The position numbers and the translations under genes were made by a program. Below, in pieces: positions 50,168-63,584 of a stretch of 64,000 nucleotides of DNA. The notes beneath the pieces are model-generated. The model saw only the letters and a program-made list of their open reading frames with translations. It searched no databases and was not told the origin of the DNA. The DNA is from Mobula birostris (lineage: Eukaryota): NCBI RefSeq assembly GCF_030028105.1, contig NC_092380.1:1582088-1646087 (forward strand), read 5' to 3'. Every line of letters begins with the position of its first letter. The first letter of the stretch is position 1.

Positions 50168-53100
50168 TAAATGACCTGAATGAGGAAGCGGAATGATGGG
50201 TTAGTACCTTTACTGATGACACAAAGGTTGGGGGTGTTGTGGATAGTGTGGAGGCCAGTCAGAGGTTACAGCGGGACATCGATAGGATGCAAAACTGGGC
50301 TGAGAAGTGGCAGATGGAGTTCAACCCAGATAAGTTTGAGGTGGTTCACTTTGGTAGGTCAAATATGATAGCAGAATATAGTATTAATGTTAAGACTCTC
50401 AGCAGTGTGGAGGATCAGAGGGATCTTAAGGTCCGAGTCCATAGGACACTAAAAGATGCTGCGCAGGTTGACGCTGTGGCTAAGAAGGCATATGGTGCAT
50501 TGGCTTTCATCAATCGTGGGATTGAGTTTAAGAGCCGAGAGGTAATGTTGCCGCTATATTGGACCCTGGTCAGACCCCACTTGGAGTACTGTGCTCAATT
50601 CTGGTCGCCTCACTACAGGAAGGATGTGGAAACTATAGGTGCAGAGGAGATTTACAAGGATGTTGCCTGGATTGGGGAGCATGCCTTATGAGAATAGGTT
50701 ACGTGATCTCGGCCTTTTCTCCTTGGAGTGATGGAGCGCGAGAGGTGACCTGATAGAGGTGTATAAGATGATGAGAGGCATTGATCGTGTGGGTAGTCAG
50801 AGGCTTTTTCCCAGGGCTGAAATGGCTAGCATGAGAAGGCACAGTTTTAAGGTGCTTGGAAGTAGGTACAGAGGAGATGTCAGGGGTAAGTTTTTTTATA
50901 CGTAGTGTGTTGAGTGCATGGAATGGGCTGCCGGCAACGGTGGTGGAGGCAGATACAATAGGGTCTTGAGAGACTGCTGGATAGGTATATGGAGCTTAGA
51001 AAAATAGAGGGCTATAGGTAACCCTAGGTAATTTCTAAGGTAAGGACATGTTCGGCACAGCTTTGCGGGCCCAATGGCCTGTATTGTGCTGTAGGTTTTC
51101 TATGTTCTATGTTCTATGTTCTATGTTCTATGTACTTGCCTATCCTCCCTCTCACACTGCCTACAATCTTTCTCTATTTATGAGCCAACCGCCCCTTCCT
51201 CTGTCTGTTCAGTTCTGTTCCCACCCCGCAGCAATTCTAGTTTAAACTCTCCCCAGTAGCCTTTGCAAATCTCATTGCCAGGATATTGATCCACCTCAGA
51301 TTCAAGTGCAACTCATCCTTAATGCACAGGTCACGCCTGCCCCAAAAGAGGTCCCAATGATCCAGAAATCTGAATCCCTGCCCCTGCGTCAGTCTCTCAG
51401 CCACTCATTTATCCTCCACCTCACTCTATTCCTATACTCACTGTCGCCTGCCACGGGCTGTAATCACGAGATTACTACCCTGATGGTGTGTCTTATCCTA
51501 CTTCTGAGCGCTGCGCATCTTCCCCCGCACAGGCCTCTCCGCAGACCTGCTCTGACGTGCCGCTCGCTAGACCTTGAAAGAGTTATTGCATGGATTTTGC
51601 GCGATCTTCATGAGAGGTGACAGACCATCAATGAGAGAACAGTTGAAACCGTGGATACGCCCTGTAGGGTGGTCGGAAGAGTGCTGCTTACATGACGGAG
51701 GGTCCCATTACGTAGCTGATGACGTAAGAATGAGGAAAGGTGTGGAAGAATGTGCTTTTCTCCTCATTATTCACTGGGATGATCCCTCCTCTTCAGTACT
51801 GTTGTACAGCAGTGGTCTCGAGTCAACTCAAATTCATGCTTTCCATGGACTTTCCAGTCCTAATCTGTCCAACTTCTCCTCGTAACCGAGGCTCCCAGAT
51901 CCAATGAACATCCTGGTAACTCTTTTCGGTGCACCTTCTATTCCGACTTAGAAATGTGTGATACATGTATTCTGTTGAGGAAAGCACGAACCACAGGAGG
52001 AACCTCTGTCCAGTCAGTGTTGTGGGAGGAATTGGCCTATCTACGTTTCGCTTCGACGGAAAATCGAGGGAGGTAGGCAGCATAAAGTGGTGGAGAGAAG
52101 ATATGAAGGAAGGGCTGGCAGGGGATGGGTGGATCCAGATGAGGAGCGATGATAGGCAGATGGAAGATGTAAAATTGCAAGTAGGGACAGAATCTGTGCT
52201 GTGACAGGTGGAGGTGACAAACTACTGCAGATGATGGAATCTGATAGGACAGGAGCTTGGAGCTTGGAACTAAGTAAGGGTAGTGCTTAGGATCGCAGAG
52301 TACAATGGGGAAAAGGACAAGTGGGGGGACTGTATCAGTGATGAGCAAATTCAGTGGATGGGGGAAAGTATGAAATATAAGAGATATAAAAGGGAAATTG
52401 TGGGAGCAGATTACATGAAGTTACTTTGCAAGTTCTGCATAACAGATATTTAGTTGTGTGTACCAAAGATTCAGAATATGTTTCCTTGAGCTGACAAACT
52501 TTCCCACACGTACAACGATGATAAGAACCACCTACGAGGTTAAAATCCCTCAGTATAGCAGGAACCCGACCAAGCCCCCCCCACCCCCACCCCCCGTGCC
52601 ATCAGATGCTTCCTCTCCATCTCAAAGGTCACCCTGTGGTGCAGGGTAAATTTTGGCCCTGATACTGGCACACAAGTACTCTGAAATAGGTACAGTGCTG
52701 TGACGTGGAATCATGAGGCTGGTCAACACGGGAGCAAGGGCAGGCCATTCAACCGGGTAATCCCCTTAGCTGTGATCATAACTTTCATTTTCATCTTAAA
52801 GGATCCTGCGGTCTTTTCCCCTGCACATATATGATGACAGGTTTCCAGTGTTGAACAGGAGTTGAGAGCACCCTCTATCGGAAATGAATTTCATTAAATA
52901 TCTCAATCAATCCTTATCGTGCCTCTGCTGAATACTCCTCCCGCTGCTCTCTCTGCGCGGACGTCAAACCTCACGTTCCCTCGATGCTGCAGACACACCC
53001 AGCTGTGAAAACACACTCACACCTTTTCCACCTGTCCTGCTCTCGTTCTGACGTCCAGTGGCTAAGTGCTGAATCATTGCAGTGTGGCTCCGATTCAATC

Positions 53101-53639
53101 AGTAAGTTTAAGAAAGTTGCTTTAAGAAATGAGGGACAAGGTAACAGCTTGCCTTTGAAGTAAACACTTTGAAGGATATCATAACCCGAGTCTGGGAGGT
53201 TTACATTCCTAGAGCCACCAGACAGTTCGGCTCAACTGGTCGGTCTCAGTTGTGTTTGCACAGCTCGGCTCGCCTCATCTGTCACGTTTGGGAATGTCCC
53301 TCTCCTGTCTATGCCTCACCCATTATTTTTCTCATCTCATTCCTAATGCGCAACGCACTTTGTGTGAAGATGCCGAATTTAAACTTCTCGACACCGATAT
53401 TATTTCAATGCCCTTTTGATTCAGCAATCCCATTATTGGGAAAAAAGCTATACACTTTCTCTCCTTTGTCCTCTTGACCTCACACAGCTCTGTTAGATCA
53501 CCCTTCAATCTCATGCGTTCCTTGTAAGGAAACCTCTCCATGTAATTTCGGCACCCGGGTCCTGGAAACATCCCAATAAACAGTGAGCGACGAGATATGG
53601 CGATCAGTAACTTGCATGAGATGCGTATGCGCGAAATTT

Positions 53640-55385
53640 AGAACGAGAGTGGGGACATTGGGAACTTTCCAGTAATTTTGAAATGACGCGAACTGTCAGT
53701 TATTTGTCTGCCAGACTGGTGGAAATGGGTTCAGGATCAGTGGTGTCTTCGTCCTGCCTTACGTGGGAGATCTCGGAGCCTCCAGTCATCCTGATAACTA
53801 CACGTGCGTGAAGTGCATCCAGCCGCAGCTGGTTACAGGACGACTTGGGGAACTAGACGTGCAGCTGGATGATCTGGGGGATTTAAGATGTGAAAGGTAA
53901 GAGCTGCGCAAAGGTAATCTCGCCTAAGTTTCAAAAGGGAGGAAGCTGGGTGGCTGTCAAGAAAGGGAAAGGACAGACAAATAGTGCAGAACACAACCGT
54001 GCCCGTTCCCTTCAATAGCAGGTGTGTCGCTTTGGACACCGCTGGGCCGACAAAGCCTCAATGATCAGATCTCTGGCTCTAAGTCCGAACCTGTGGCTCA
54101 TTCGGAAGGAGGAGGGGGGTGATAGGAGCACAGTGGAGACAGGGGTGACAATAATTAGTTTTGCGGATTCGAGGTTCTATGAAGGTTAATGAGTCTCCCA
54201 ATGGGATTTGCCTTCCAGGTCCCAAGGTCAGCGAAGTCCCTGATTGGTTCCACGTCAATCTTACTGGGAAGTGCGAGTGGCCAGATGTCATGGATCATAT
54301 TTGTTCCAACGAAATAGCTGGGAAGAGGGAAGATGTCCTGAACAGAGAATATGAAGAGCAGGGCAGGAAGTTGAAATCCCTGGATCGCTGTGTTTTCCAC
54401 TCGCTACTGAAGGCAAGAATAGGATGTCTTGACAGGTGAATGTGTGGCTGAGGAATTCGTTGAGTGGACAAGGTTTCAGAATTCTGGATCTTTGGGAGAC
54501 TCGCTAGGAAATGTGTCACTTGTGAAAAGAGGGAGTGGGTACGCTTGGATTTCAGAGGGCCAACATTCTTACGGGCAGGGTTTTCAGAGCAGCTGGGCGG
54601 GGTTTAAACAAATTTGGCAGAGGAATTAGAACCACGAAGGTCGGACGGAAGATGTGGCTGTTTCTATAGAGACAGATGAAGTGCGCAGAGCGACCGTGAG
54701 GAAGCGTAGGCAGTTAAAATAGCAGCTGGTGGGGTGGGAGGAGTGGTTAGGTAAAAGCATGTCTATTTTAACGCAATGAAAACTGCGAACAAGGTGATAG
54801 ACATAGAGCATGGGTCAATACATGTAACAATGACTGTCGCCATTGCAGAGACATGACGAACATAACGGCAGGAACGGCTGCTGGATACACCGGGCTTTAG
54901 ATGTTTCGAATAGGATGGGGTGGGGGTTCAATGCGGGGTATTAGCACTGGAAATCAGGGTGAGCATCACCTCTGCAGAATGGAAGGACGTCGTGGATGGA
55001 TTGCCTACTGAGTCTGTTTAGCTGGAAGCCAGAAGCGGCAAGGCAGCAAGCACTTATTGGGATTATTCCACAGACTCAATCGCTTCCCCCAATATCACCA
55101 GGGACTGTGAGAAGCAGAAATGGGACAGGTTCTAGAAAAGTGCTGTATCACATCAACTACCCTAATATTGATTTGCACGTCCGTAGTACAATTACTTAGA
55201 TGTGACCGGGAGGTACTTCTGACACAATACGTCGATAGGGAGACTAGAGGAGAAGCGATCCTGGATACGGTGCTAGGAAATCAAGCTGGGCAGGAGTCAG
55301 ATCTCTTGCTGTGTGACCATTACGGAGACAGTGACAGCAACTCGCTAGACTTTACCATGGACTTGAAGAGTGATAGGAGCAGGGG
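53640..55385 (+). mobile_element. Old, degraded CR1 5' region (ORF1 and endonuclease)
   Basis: ICLPG.KV and VMDHICSNEI esterase-like ORF1 remnants; LTQYVDRETRGEAILDTVLGN..DSDSNSL. Confidence 0.65.
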
Positions 55386-55743
55386 AGGGGGGTGGCGAAT
55401 CGGTATATAGGAGGGAGTTTGAATGATGCCAGGACAACGTATTTTCACACTGCGTTAGCAAAACCAAAGAGTTGGTTAATGACTGCAGGAGGAAGAACCC
55501 GGAGGTTCATGAGCAAACCCTTACCACAGAAACGTAGGTGGAGAGTGTCAGTAACTTTATACTAACACGTGACTGACATCACAAAGAGGCGCGGCCGTGC
55601 TGCTCTTTTCTTAAAATTTTGTGAAGATTCCGTATGTCAACTTTAACTCTTCGCAAACCTTTGTAGATATACAGTGGATAGCATCCCGACTAGCTGCTTC
55701 AGCGTCTGCTGTGGAATCACTATTGCCCAGGACCGTAAATTAG

Positions 55744-56340
55744 ATAATAGACAATAGACAATAGGTGCAGAAGTAGACCATTCGGTCCCTCGAGCCTGCA
55801 CCGCCATTCTGAGATCATGGCTGATCATCTACTATCAATACCCAGTTCCTGCCTTGTCCCCATAACCCTTGATTCCCCTATCCATAAGATACCTATCTAG
55901 CTCCTTCTTAAAAGCATCCAGAGAATTGGCCTCCACTGCCTTCTGAGGCAGCGCGTTCCACACCTCCGCAACTCTCTGGGAGAAGAAGTTCCTCCTCAAC
56001 TCTGTCCTAAATGACCTACCCCTTATTCTTAAACCATGCCCTCTGGTACTGGACTCTCCCAGCACCTGGAACATATTTCCTGCCTCTATGTTGTCCAATC
56101 CCTTAATAACCTTATATGTCTCAATCAGATCCCCCCTCAATCTCCTTAATTCCAGCGTGTACAAGCCCAGTCTCTCTAACCTCTCTGTGTAAGACAGTCC
56201 GGACATCCCAGGAATTAACCTAGTGAACCTACGCTGCACCTCCTCCACAGCCAGGATGTCCTTCCTTAACCCTGGAGACCAAAACTGCACACAATACTCC
56301 AGGTGTGGTCTCACCAGGGCCCTGTACAAATGCAAAAGAA
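55744..56340 (-). mobile_element. Young CR1 3' fragment
   Basis: Open 166-aa HLYRALVRPHLEYCVQFWSP...GYGDKAG; (tattgtc)n tail. Confidence 0.92.
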
Positions 56341-57369
56341 TTTCTACAAAACGTGGTGGATGTTGTCCTCCCCATCACTAAGCTCATTTACAACAAAGCA
56401 GCATCCATTATCAGGGATCCCCATCATAATGGGAAGGCTCTCTTATCTCTAGCACCTTCTGCAGGTGGTGTATGAGCCGTAATCTCCCCTGACCCCCGAC
56501 CAGCAGGTTCAGGAACATTAATTACCCCTGCAGCCACTAGGCTCCTGAACCAGAGTGGATATATTCACTCAACTGCACAATCTACACACTCACTTTCAAG
56601 GACGCTGCATCTCATGTTCTCGGTATTATTTATTTACTTTCTTATTAATTGCATGTTTTGTCTCCTTTTACACATTAGTCAGTTGTCATTCTTTATTAAT
56701 GGATAATTTTTCTACATTCTATTGTTCGCCTTCATTTTCCTGTAAATGCCGGTAAGAAAATGACTCCATTTCAAAATAATCTTGTTGATGAGTCCTGCCG
56801 AAGGGTTTCGGCTCGAAACATCGACTGCAGTTTTTTCCATAGATGTTGCCTGGCCTGCTGAGTTGCTCCGGAATTTTGTGTGTGTTGCTCGGATTTTCAG
56901 CGTCTGCAGATTTTCTCTTGTTTGTAATTAATACATGCAGATCGCCTGCTACTTTTTACTACAATGGGTTTTTTGTTTCTCTACAATGTTCGCTAGTCTA
57001 CGTGCTCCAAGTTCCAGTATCACCCTCACACCGGGCGCGTAAACATCATTCACTTCAAGAAAGTAAGAGGATCCAGTTAGTAAGCCATCTCGAGTGCCCT
57101 AATTAGTCCATGGGCTTAGATCTCTGTGCCTCTAAAAATCCTCTCCAGTGACATCCTCGCCGTTGACTAGTCTACATTTCAGGCTCATCCCTATTTCTAT
57201 TCTTGAATACTGTAATATAAAACTGAATACTCGTTCGTCCTTGGAGTTCTCACCTGCAGCTAGAGCAGAAAAGAACTTGGTCAAGGCTGCAGCAAAATGA
57301 CACCTTGCATCTCTCAATCGCCTGGGGTATACCCCATTAGCCGCTGTGGATCACTCCACCTTAACATTC

Positions 57370-57763
57370 TTTAAAAGGCCCAGCACTGCCTCTTTTGTTC
57401 TCCCAAAAATGCCGAAACATATTTGAGTGATTCGCAATTATCTTACTATTGCCTACGTCATTCCTCCTCATTAAGTGCTGATGCAAAGCAGTCTTTGGGA
57501 CTTTGTCCGTCTCCAAGCACATGCTTTATCCCACCCTCTATCGCTAGCTCTGTGTTTGTTCTTGCTATATGTATGGAATTAATTTTGATTTTATTTAATT
57601 CGGGTTGTCAACAATTTTACAGGTACCCTCTGGCTGTTCTGATTCCCTTCTTGATAAACAGTATTTTCTAGCTTATTTATAATCTTTAAGGGCTCCTTGG
57701 ATTTAAAATTCCAAAACCTTACCTCGAGTTCCTTTTTTCTTGTGGGGTGTATATATATGTAGA

Positions 57764-57806
<43 letters not shown>

Positions 57807-58092
57807 GTGTGTGTGTGTGTGTATATGGTATAGGAGCCAAGCGGCTATCGTTTATCTGCATTGCATTCTGTGTTGCGCGTTTATGATGTTCATTATGGGT
57901 AGCTAGTCACGTCAGTGAGGCCGTGGTAAAAGCGAAGGAAATAAGCTTATATAAAATAATATCGTAAAGACTGCTTTGCATCAGTACTTAATGAGGAGGA
58001 ATGACGTAGGCAATAGTAAGATAATTACGAATCACTCAAATATGTTTCGGCATTTTTGGGAGAACAAAAGAGACAGTGCTGGTGCTTTTAAA
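57370..58092. repeat. 127-bp inverted repeat (57370-57496 / 57966-58092), MITE/foldback-like
   Basis: Arms are near-perfect reverse complements; 469-bp spacer contains a TG/TA microsatellite. Confidence 0.85.
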
Positions 58093-58949
58093 TAAATATT
58101 TTAAATAAATATTCATGCTTTGTTCTAGGCAGTTTGTAGTTTGGGATCGGCGGGTTTCATATCTTTTGCTAACACTCAATGTCGGAATATAAAGCTTAAT
58201 TACGCTTAGCTTACACTGCGATACGCTTAGATTTCATTGCGCCAAGATTGTTCGCTTGCTAATTGTTAATCAGGATTGATATAGATATCACGGACTTTTG
58301 GAGCAGTCATTACTGAGTGAGGGCTATTATGCAGGTATAACCAATCCGTGGTGTCGCCGGGAGCAGGAATTGTTCATGTTTTGGTTTTGGTTTGGTTTGG
58401 TTGCAGCAACACGTGCTAAATACACGGAGGCTTCTCCACCAGAGAGTGGATCGGGCGAGAATTAGATGTCATAGGTTCAGGGTGAAAAGCGAAGTATTTG
58501 AGTGGGCTCTGAGGGGGATCTTCTTAACTCCAAGAGTGATGCGAGTGTAGAATAAGCTGCCAGCGGAAGTGGCGGATGCGGAGTTAATTGCAAAATTGGG
58601 AGAAGTGTGGAAAGATACAAGAATCAGAAGGGCGTGGAGGACTATGGTCAGGTAATAGGCAGATAGGACTGGGAGTGCACAGGTTGGAACGGACTAAGTG
58701 GGCCGAAGGTCCTGCGTCCGTACTGTTGTAACCTATTACACTACGACTATATTCACTACCTCTTTCGGCATTCAAACTTCCCTTACCTCGTCATCCTTGT
58801 CATTGCTATCGTTTTGGAACATATTCTATTGTATTGTGTGCAGTTTGTCTTTCAATAACCTGCACATGTAACGCATAGACTTGCCCAACTACAGCTATTC
58901 CCATTTAACTGTTCCTAGTTCCTGCCTTTAAGAATGCGGACCGACTGCG

Positions 58950-59370
58950 TCATAGTCATAGTCATACTTTATTGATTCCGGGGGAAATTGGTTTTCGTTA
59001 CAGTTGCACCATAAATAATTAAATAGTAATAAAACCAAAAATATTAAATAGTAATATCTAAATTATGCCAGGGAATAAGTCCAGGACCAGCCTATTGGCG
59101 CAGGGTGTCTGACCCTCTAAGGGAGGAGTTATAAAGTTTGATGGCCACAGGCAGGAATGACTTCCTATGACGCTCTGTGTTGCATCTCGGTGGAATGAGT
59201 CTCTGGCTGAATGTACTCCTGTGCCCAACCAGTACTTTATGTAGTAGATGGGAGACATTGTCCAAGATGGCATGCAACTTGGACAGCATCCTCTTTTCAG
59301 ACACCACCGTCAGAGTCCAGTTCCATCCCCACAACATCACTGGCCTTACGAATGAGTTTGTTGATTCTGT
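58950..59370 (-). mobile_element. Rex1/Babar LINE 3' fragment
   Basis: RMLSKLHAILDNVSH..RCNTERHRKSFLPVAIKLYN; (atgact)n tail. Confidence 0.85.
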
Positions 59371-60282
59371 TGGTACAATTCCCGGGTGCGGACTGACTGC
59401 GTCATTGTGGGGTACAATTTCCGGGAGCTGCGGCTTCATTCCACGGTCTAAAGACGTACTGGCAGTTTGATCGGCCGTTGTAAGTTGTTGCATGATTAGG
59501 TTAGAGTTAATCGGGATTGTCGGGGGTTTCGTGACGTGGCTCGAAGGGAATACTCCACCCTGTATTATGAAAAAATAAAATAAAATTCGATTGTAGTGGA
59601 ACGTGAGATACTGAAGAGTGTAGCTCAGTACATCACGGGCACATCGGATCCCTCCCCACCATTGGCTGTTTCTACAGAAGGCGCTGCCCCCCCCCAAAAA
59701 AGCAGCACCCATCATCAAAGCTACCCGCCATCCGAGCTGTGGCATTCATTCACGGCAGGAGGTGGAGAAATATGAAATCCCACACCATCAGATTCCGGAA
59801 CAGTTACATCCCTTTGACGATTTTGTTCCTTAACCGTCCCGTAAAATGTATTTCCTATAGCTTAACCACTCTATCACAACAAGAAAAATGCTGAATGGAA
59901 AAGTTGCGCATAGTTAAGTCTACCGTTAGACTAAAGGACAGAAACCTATCAGGGCTCAACTGCGGAAGATTTAATCGCGGAGCATAAAGTGCAACAATTG
60001 CCTTTGAGAGAAAGCTGTCGTTTATATGAAACCGGCAGGTGTGTTTGCTGCCGTTGTACAGAAAATGAAAAGGGTGATAAAGGTAATCGCGGCACCTCGA
60101 CAGACGCAGGCTGAGAAATAAAGAGGGGAGGGTGTAGATGCATGAAACCATTGTCGCACTCTTCCTCGTTACATAGAAGTTCGCGGAGAAAACATGGATT
60201 CATTTCAGATTTGCATGAAAGAATCTGCAGGGACCTGAATCACAGTTCTGACTGCTACTGTTGTCTGATTGATACTGTCCGG

Positions 60283-61244
60283 TCAAGAAAGGCGAAATTG
60301 ATTCGGTCCGTAGTCTTTCGAGTTCATCAACAGAACTGATGGGATTCGCTTAGTGCGCAACGTTATAATACAGTTGACCGGATATTTCACCGCGTTCGTC
60401 ACCTGCTCCCTAAACTTAGCCTGAGTCACCGCATAAACAAACGTGTTGGTGCAGCAGCTAACGTTACTCAGCAAGTACCCAACAAAATGAAAGATCGTTT
60501 CCAAATCAGTCCGACCTGCTGCATTTCCTGTGATCTGATAATAGACGAACTCTACCACAATCGTCAGCCATAGTAGGATGAAGCTGAAGGAGAGCGTGAG
60601 GAGTAAAACCACGGACCTCCTCCTGCTCTCCATCTCCGGGTCACCGAGTTTCCTCCCCTCGCTCTGACCCCTCAGCCCTTTGCGGACTCGACTGGCCACT
60701 AAGATGCGCCTGACCGTCAGAGCGTTGAGCAGCAGGGTTACGGCGAAAGGGATTAACGGAGTTAGAACCCTGCTGAACCAGTCAAACGCCACCCACCCTG
60801 GGTCAGTGTAATAGGAGTCCTTGACTGAACAGCCCCACGTTACGTTGTCGATGATCTTTGCGGGTTCATATGTGAAGTAGAAGGGAGCATTTTTCAGACA
60901 GAGCAGAATACTGGTTGTTGCTAAAACCGTAGCCGCAGTTTTCTCGGTGCAATACTTGGTCCGCAGCTTTTGGCAACAAATGGCGATGAAGCGATCAACG
61001 GTGAAGGTGACGGTGAACCAGACACAACAATTTCTTGATGTAAACGTCAGTACATTAATAACTCTGCACGCTGGCGTGACGTCCAGTAAAGGCCACGGCG
61101 AGTAAAGATAATTGATTTGAAATAAAATGACCTCAATGATAATGACCAGTAGATCAGCCACTGCCATGGCCACGAGGTAGTGAGTGGTGCAAGTGGCGAG
61201 ACCGCAGTTTCCCTGGGACAGAATCACAATCGCAACTAAATTCA
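60283..61244 (-). CDS. GPR139-like class A GPCR, exon 2 (intact)
   Basis: Acceptor tgtttctccag|; NLVAIVIL, YLVAMAVADLL, DRFIAICC, LTPLIPF, FILLW, NTFVY; hydrophobic TM segments; no stops. Confidence 0.92.
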
Positions 61245-61702
61245 CTGGAGAAACAGAAGAGAACAGACAAGGGACATCAGTGAAAACATTCTCTACGTCT
61301 GAACACGGCTAAAGATCGGAAATGGTGCGTGGCTGCTTATCTGCCCAACCTGCCTGCTTCAGGGGAGAAGAAGCAGTGTGTGCAGCGAATGGCTGGCATG
61401 AAATACAGGCAGCCGCCAGCCAGTATCTATCACTCAAGGAAGCTTAATTCATTACTAAAGTTCCCCACCACCCGACATATTCCGTCTTACCGTCACTACC
61501 ATCGGACAGAAGATAGGGCAGCCTGAAAAACCATGCTCAAAGATTTAACAACAGCATCTTCCCCTCTCCGTCAGACTTCCGAGCTGTCCGGCGACCCATG
61601 AAAACCGCGCCATTGGTATATTAGAACGTAATGTATGTTAGTAACTTATAATATTTAACACAGATTTTTTAAAATAAACTTTTGTTTCTTCTAAACATTT
61701 AC

Positions 61703-61769
61703 CGGGAACTCCAACGACAACAATAATCACGTACAAAATTTTCTCCGCACTTAAATATCTTTCCAGCAT
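61703..61769 (-). CDS. GPR139-like GPCR exon 1 (MLERYLSAEKILYVIIVVVGVP-G)
   Basis: aaaATG at 61769; 22 codons +1 nt; donor CCG|GTAAAT; same length and similar peptide as pseudogene exon 1; total 342 aa. Confidence 0.88.
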
Positions 61770-61834
61770 TTTCTCTGCAAAAGGAGGAGTTCAATTACCC
61801 TCTACATGAGCCTTTCGCACAGAAAATTCCAGCA

Positions 61835-61842
61835 TTTTTATA
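61835..61842 (-). promoter_or_regulatory. TATA box of intact GPCR
   Basis: TATAAAAA about 70 bp upstream of ATG; paralog has TATAAAA at a similar position. Confidence 0.6.
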
Positions 61843-62084
61843 CGGCTTAGCATCTCCACAGGGACTGACGGTGTTTTGCAGTGTTAAAAATAGAGATTTT
61901 ACAATCAGGCACAAACCGAGTACGACAGCCGTGTCAAATCCCACTGTACTTGATTCTGCAGGCAGTTAATTGGGAAATTCTCGAGTCTGGAATTCTGGGA
62001 AGATAGAGGGATGAAAAATTCGAGTAGCGTTCCTCCTGCAAAAGTCATTTTGTTTCAAACGTCAGCAAAACATACTCTTCATTT

Positions 62085-62485
62085 GTAAGGCCAGTGATGT
62101 TGTGGGGATGGAACTGGACTCTCTGACGGTGGTGTCTGAAAAGAGGATGCTGTCCAAGTTGCATGCCATCTTGGACAATGTCTCCCATCCACTACATAAT
62201 GTACTGGGTGGGCACAGGAGCACATTCAGCCAGAGACTCATTCCACCGAGATGCAACACAGAGCGTCATAGGAAGTCATTCCTGCCTGTGGCCATCAAAC
62301 TTTACAACTCCTTCCTTGGAGGGTCAGAGACCCTGAGCCAATAGGCTGGTCCTGGACTTATTTCCTGGCATAATTTACATATTACTATTTAACTATTTAT
62401 GGTTTTATTACTATTTATTATTTATGGTGCAACTGTAACGAAAACCAATTTCCCCCGGGATCAATAAAGTATGACTATGACTATT
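62085..62485 (+). mobile_element. Rex1/Babar LINE 3' fragment
   Basis: Nearly identical to the reverse complement of 58950-59370. Confidence 0.85.
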
Positions 62486-63584
62486 CGCATTGTTGAGCTG
62501 ATTTCGTTCAATCTTGGTTATTCAGCCAATTTAGGCTTTTTTCGTGGTTTCTGGCTGTCCACTCTGAAAGGCTCTGTGACATTGTTGTCTATATATTGAG
62601 GAACTAATTCAATAGATCGTCTTAGGCTGCGCTCTGCATCCTAGGCGCTGCCTTCTCACTCAATACTATTGCGTCTCACCTCACCGTAACCTCAACTTAA
62701 CACTCTTGGCAACCCGGTAGTCATTTGATCCTGGCTTTCCTGGCCGATATCTCAGTTTTTTTCTGGGATAAAGAAATGTCTGCTGTCCGCTGCTTCAAGG
62801 GAAGGTCGCAAAGAGTCGAAAGGGGGCATTGCGGTTTATTTGTTACCTCAAGTTTTAAAATCCCTCATCCCTCACCCTGCTCCTGTTCACTGTGTCAATG
62901 ACCCTCAGGTTACTGCATACCCTGTCCTCTTGTAAACTCTCACGCAGACGAGAGAAGGAAGAAAACTCTCCCTGCCATGCCGACGACAGTCCGACTCTGA
63001 GTCGTCCGAAAACTTCGAGCCTCCGACACCGAGTACCGAGCACCATCTCTGCCGAACACTTCGACCTCAACTCCGGTCGCCAGCAGCAGGCAAAGCCAGG
63101 GATTTTGGGGCCTTCCCTCTGGAGATTCTCGATCGCACAGTAGCAGCCGCAGCGAACCGGGCATTTCAGAAGTTTCTCCAGATGTTCCTCTGTGCTTCTC
63201 ATGTCCGTCTCCATCAAATCAGAATTGTGCACGGCCCCTACTTACAAAATACGATACCATTTCTGCGTCGCGTCGCCATCTTCTCCTCCAGTCTATCATT
63301 GGCAAATCTGCGTTTGGAATACAGAGTTCTGGTCACACTACTAGGAAAGATGCCATTAAGCCGGAATGGTTGCAGATATTTACAAGGTTGCAGTTGGGAC
63401 TGGAGGGTCTGAATTGTGGAGAGAGGTTAAGACGTTGAACACTTACCAACGTTGTAACTTTTGTCGTTGGATCGTCGGAGAACGAGATCCAATCTTACAG
63501 GACGTATAAAATCACAAGGACAATAAATGAAGTGAATGTGCATAGTCTTTTTCCCACAGTTGAGGAGTCAAAAAAAACCTTGTT

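Larger units (their letters stand above)
48090..51134 (+). mobile_element. CR1 LINE (RT to tail) carrying two LTR insertions
   Basis: [45 protein letters not shown]; (ttctatg)n tail at 51097-51134. Confidence 0.92.

Noticed and set aside
46635-51134. Twin-priming 5' inversion of a single CR1
   Set aside because: The overlapping segments are clearly diverged and minus-strand CR1 sequence resumes after the tail at 51135, so nested independent insertions fit better
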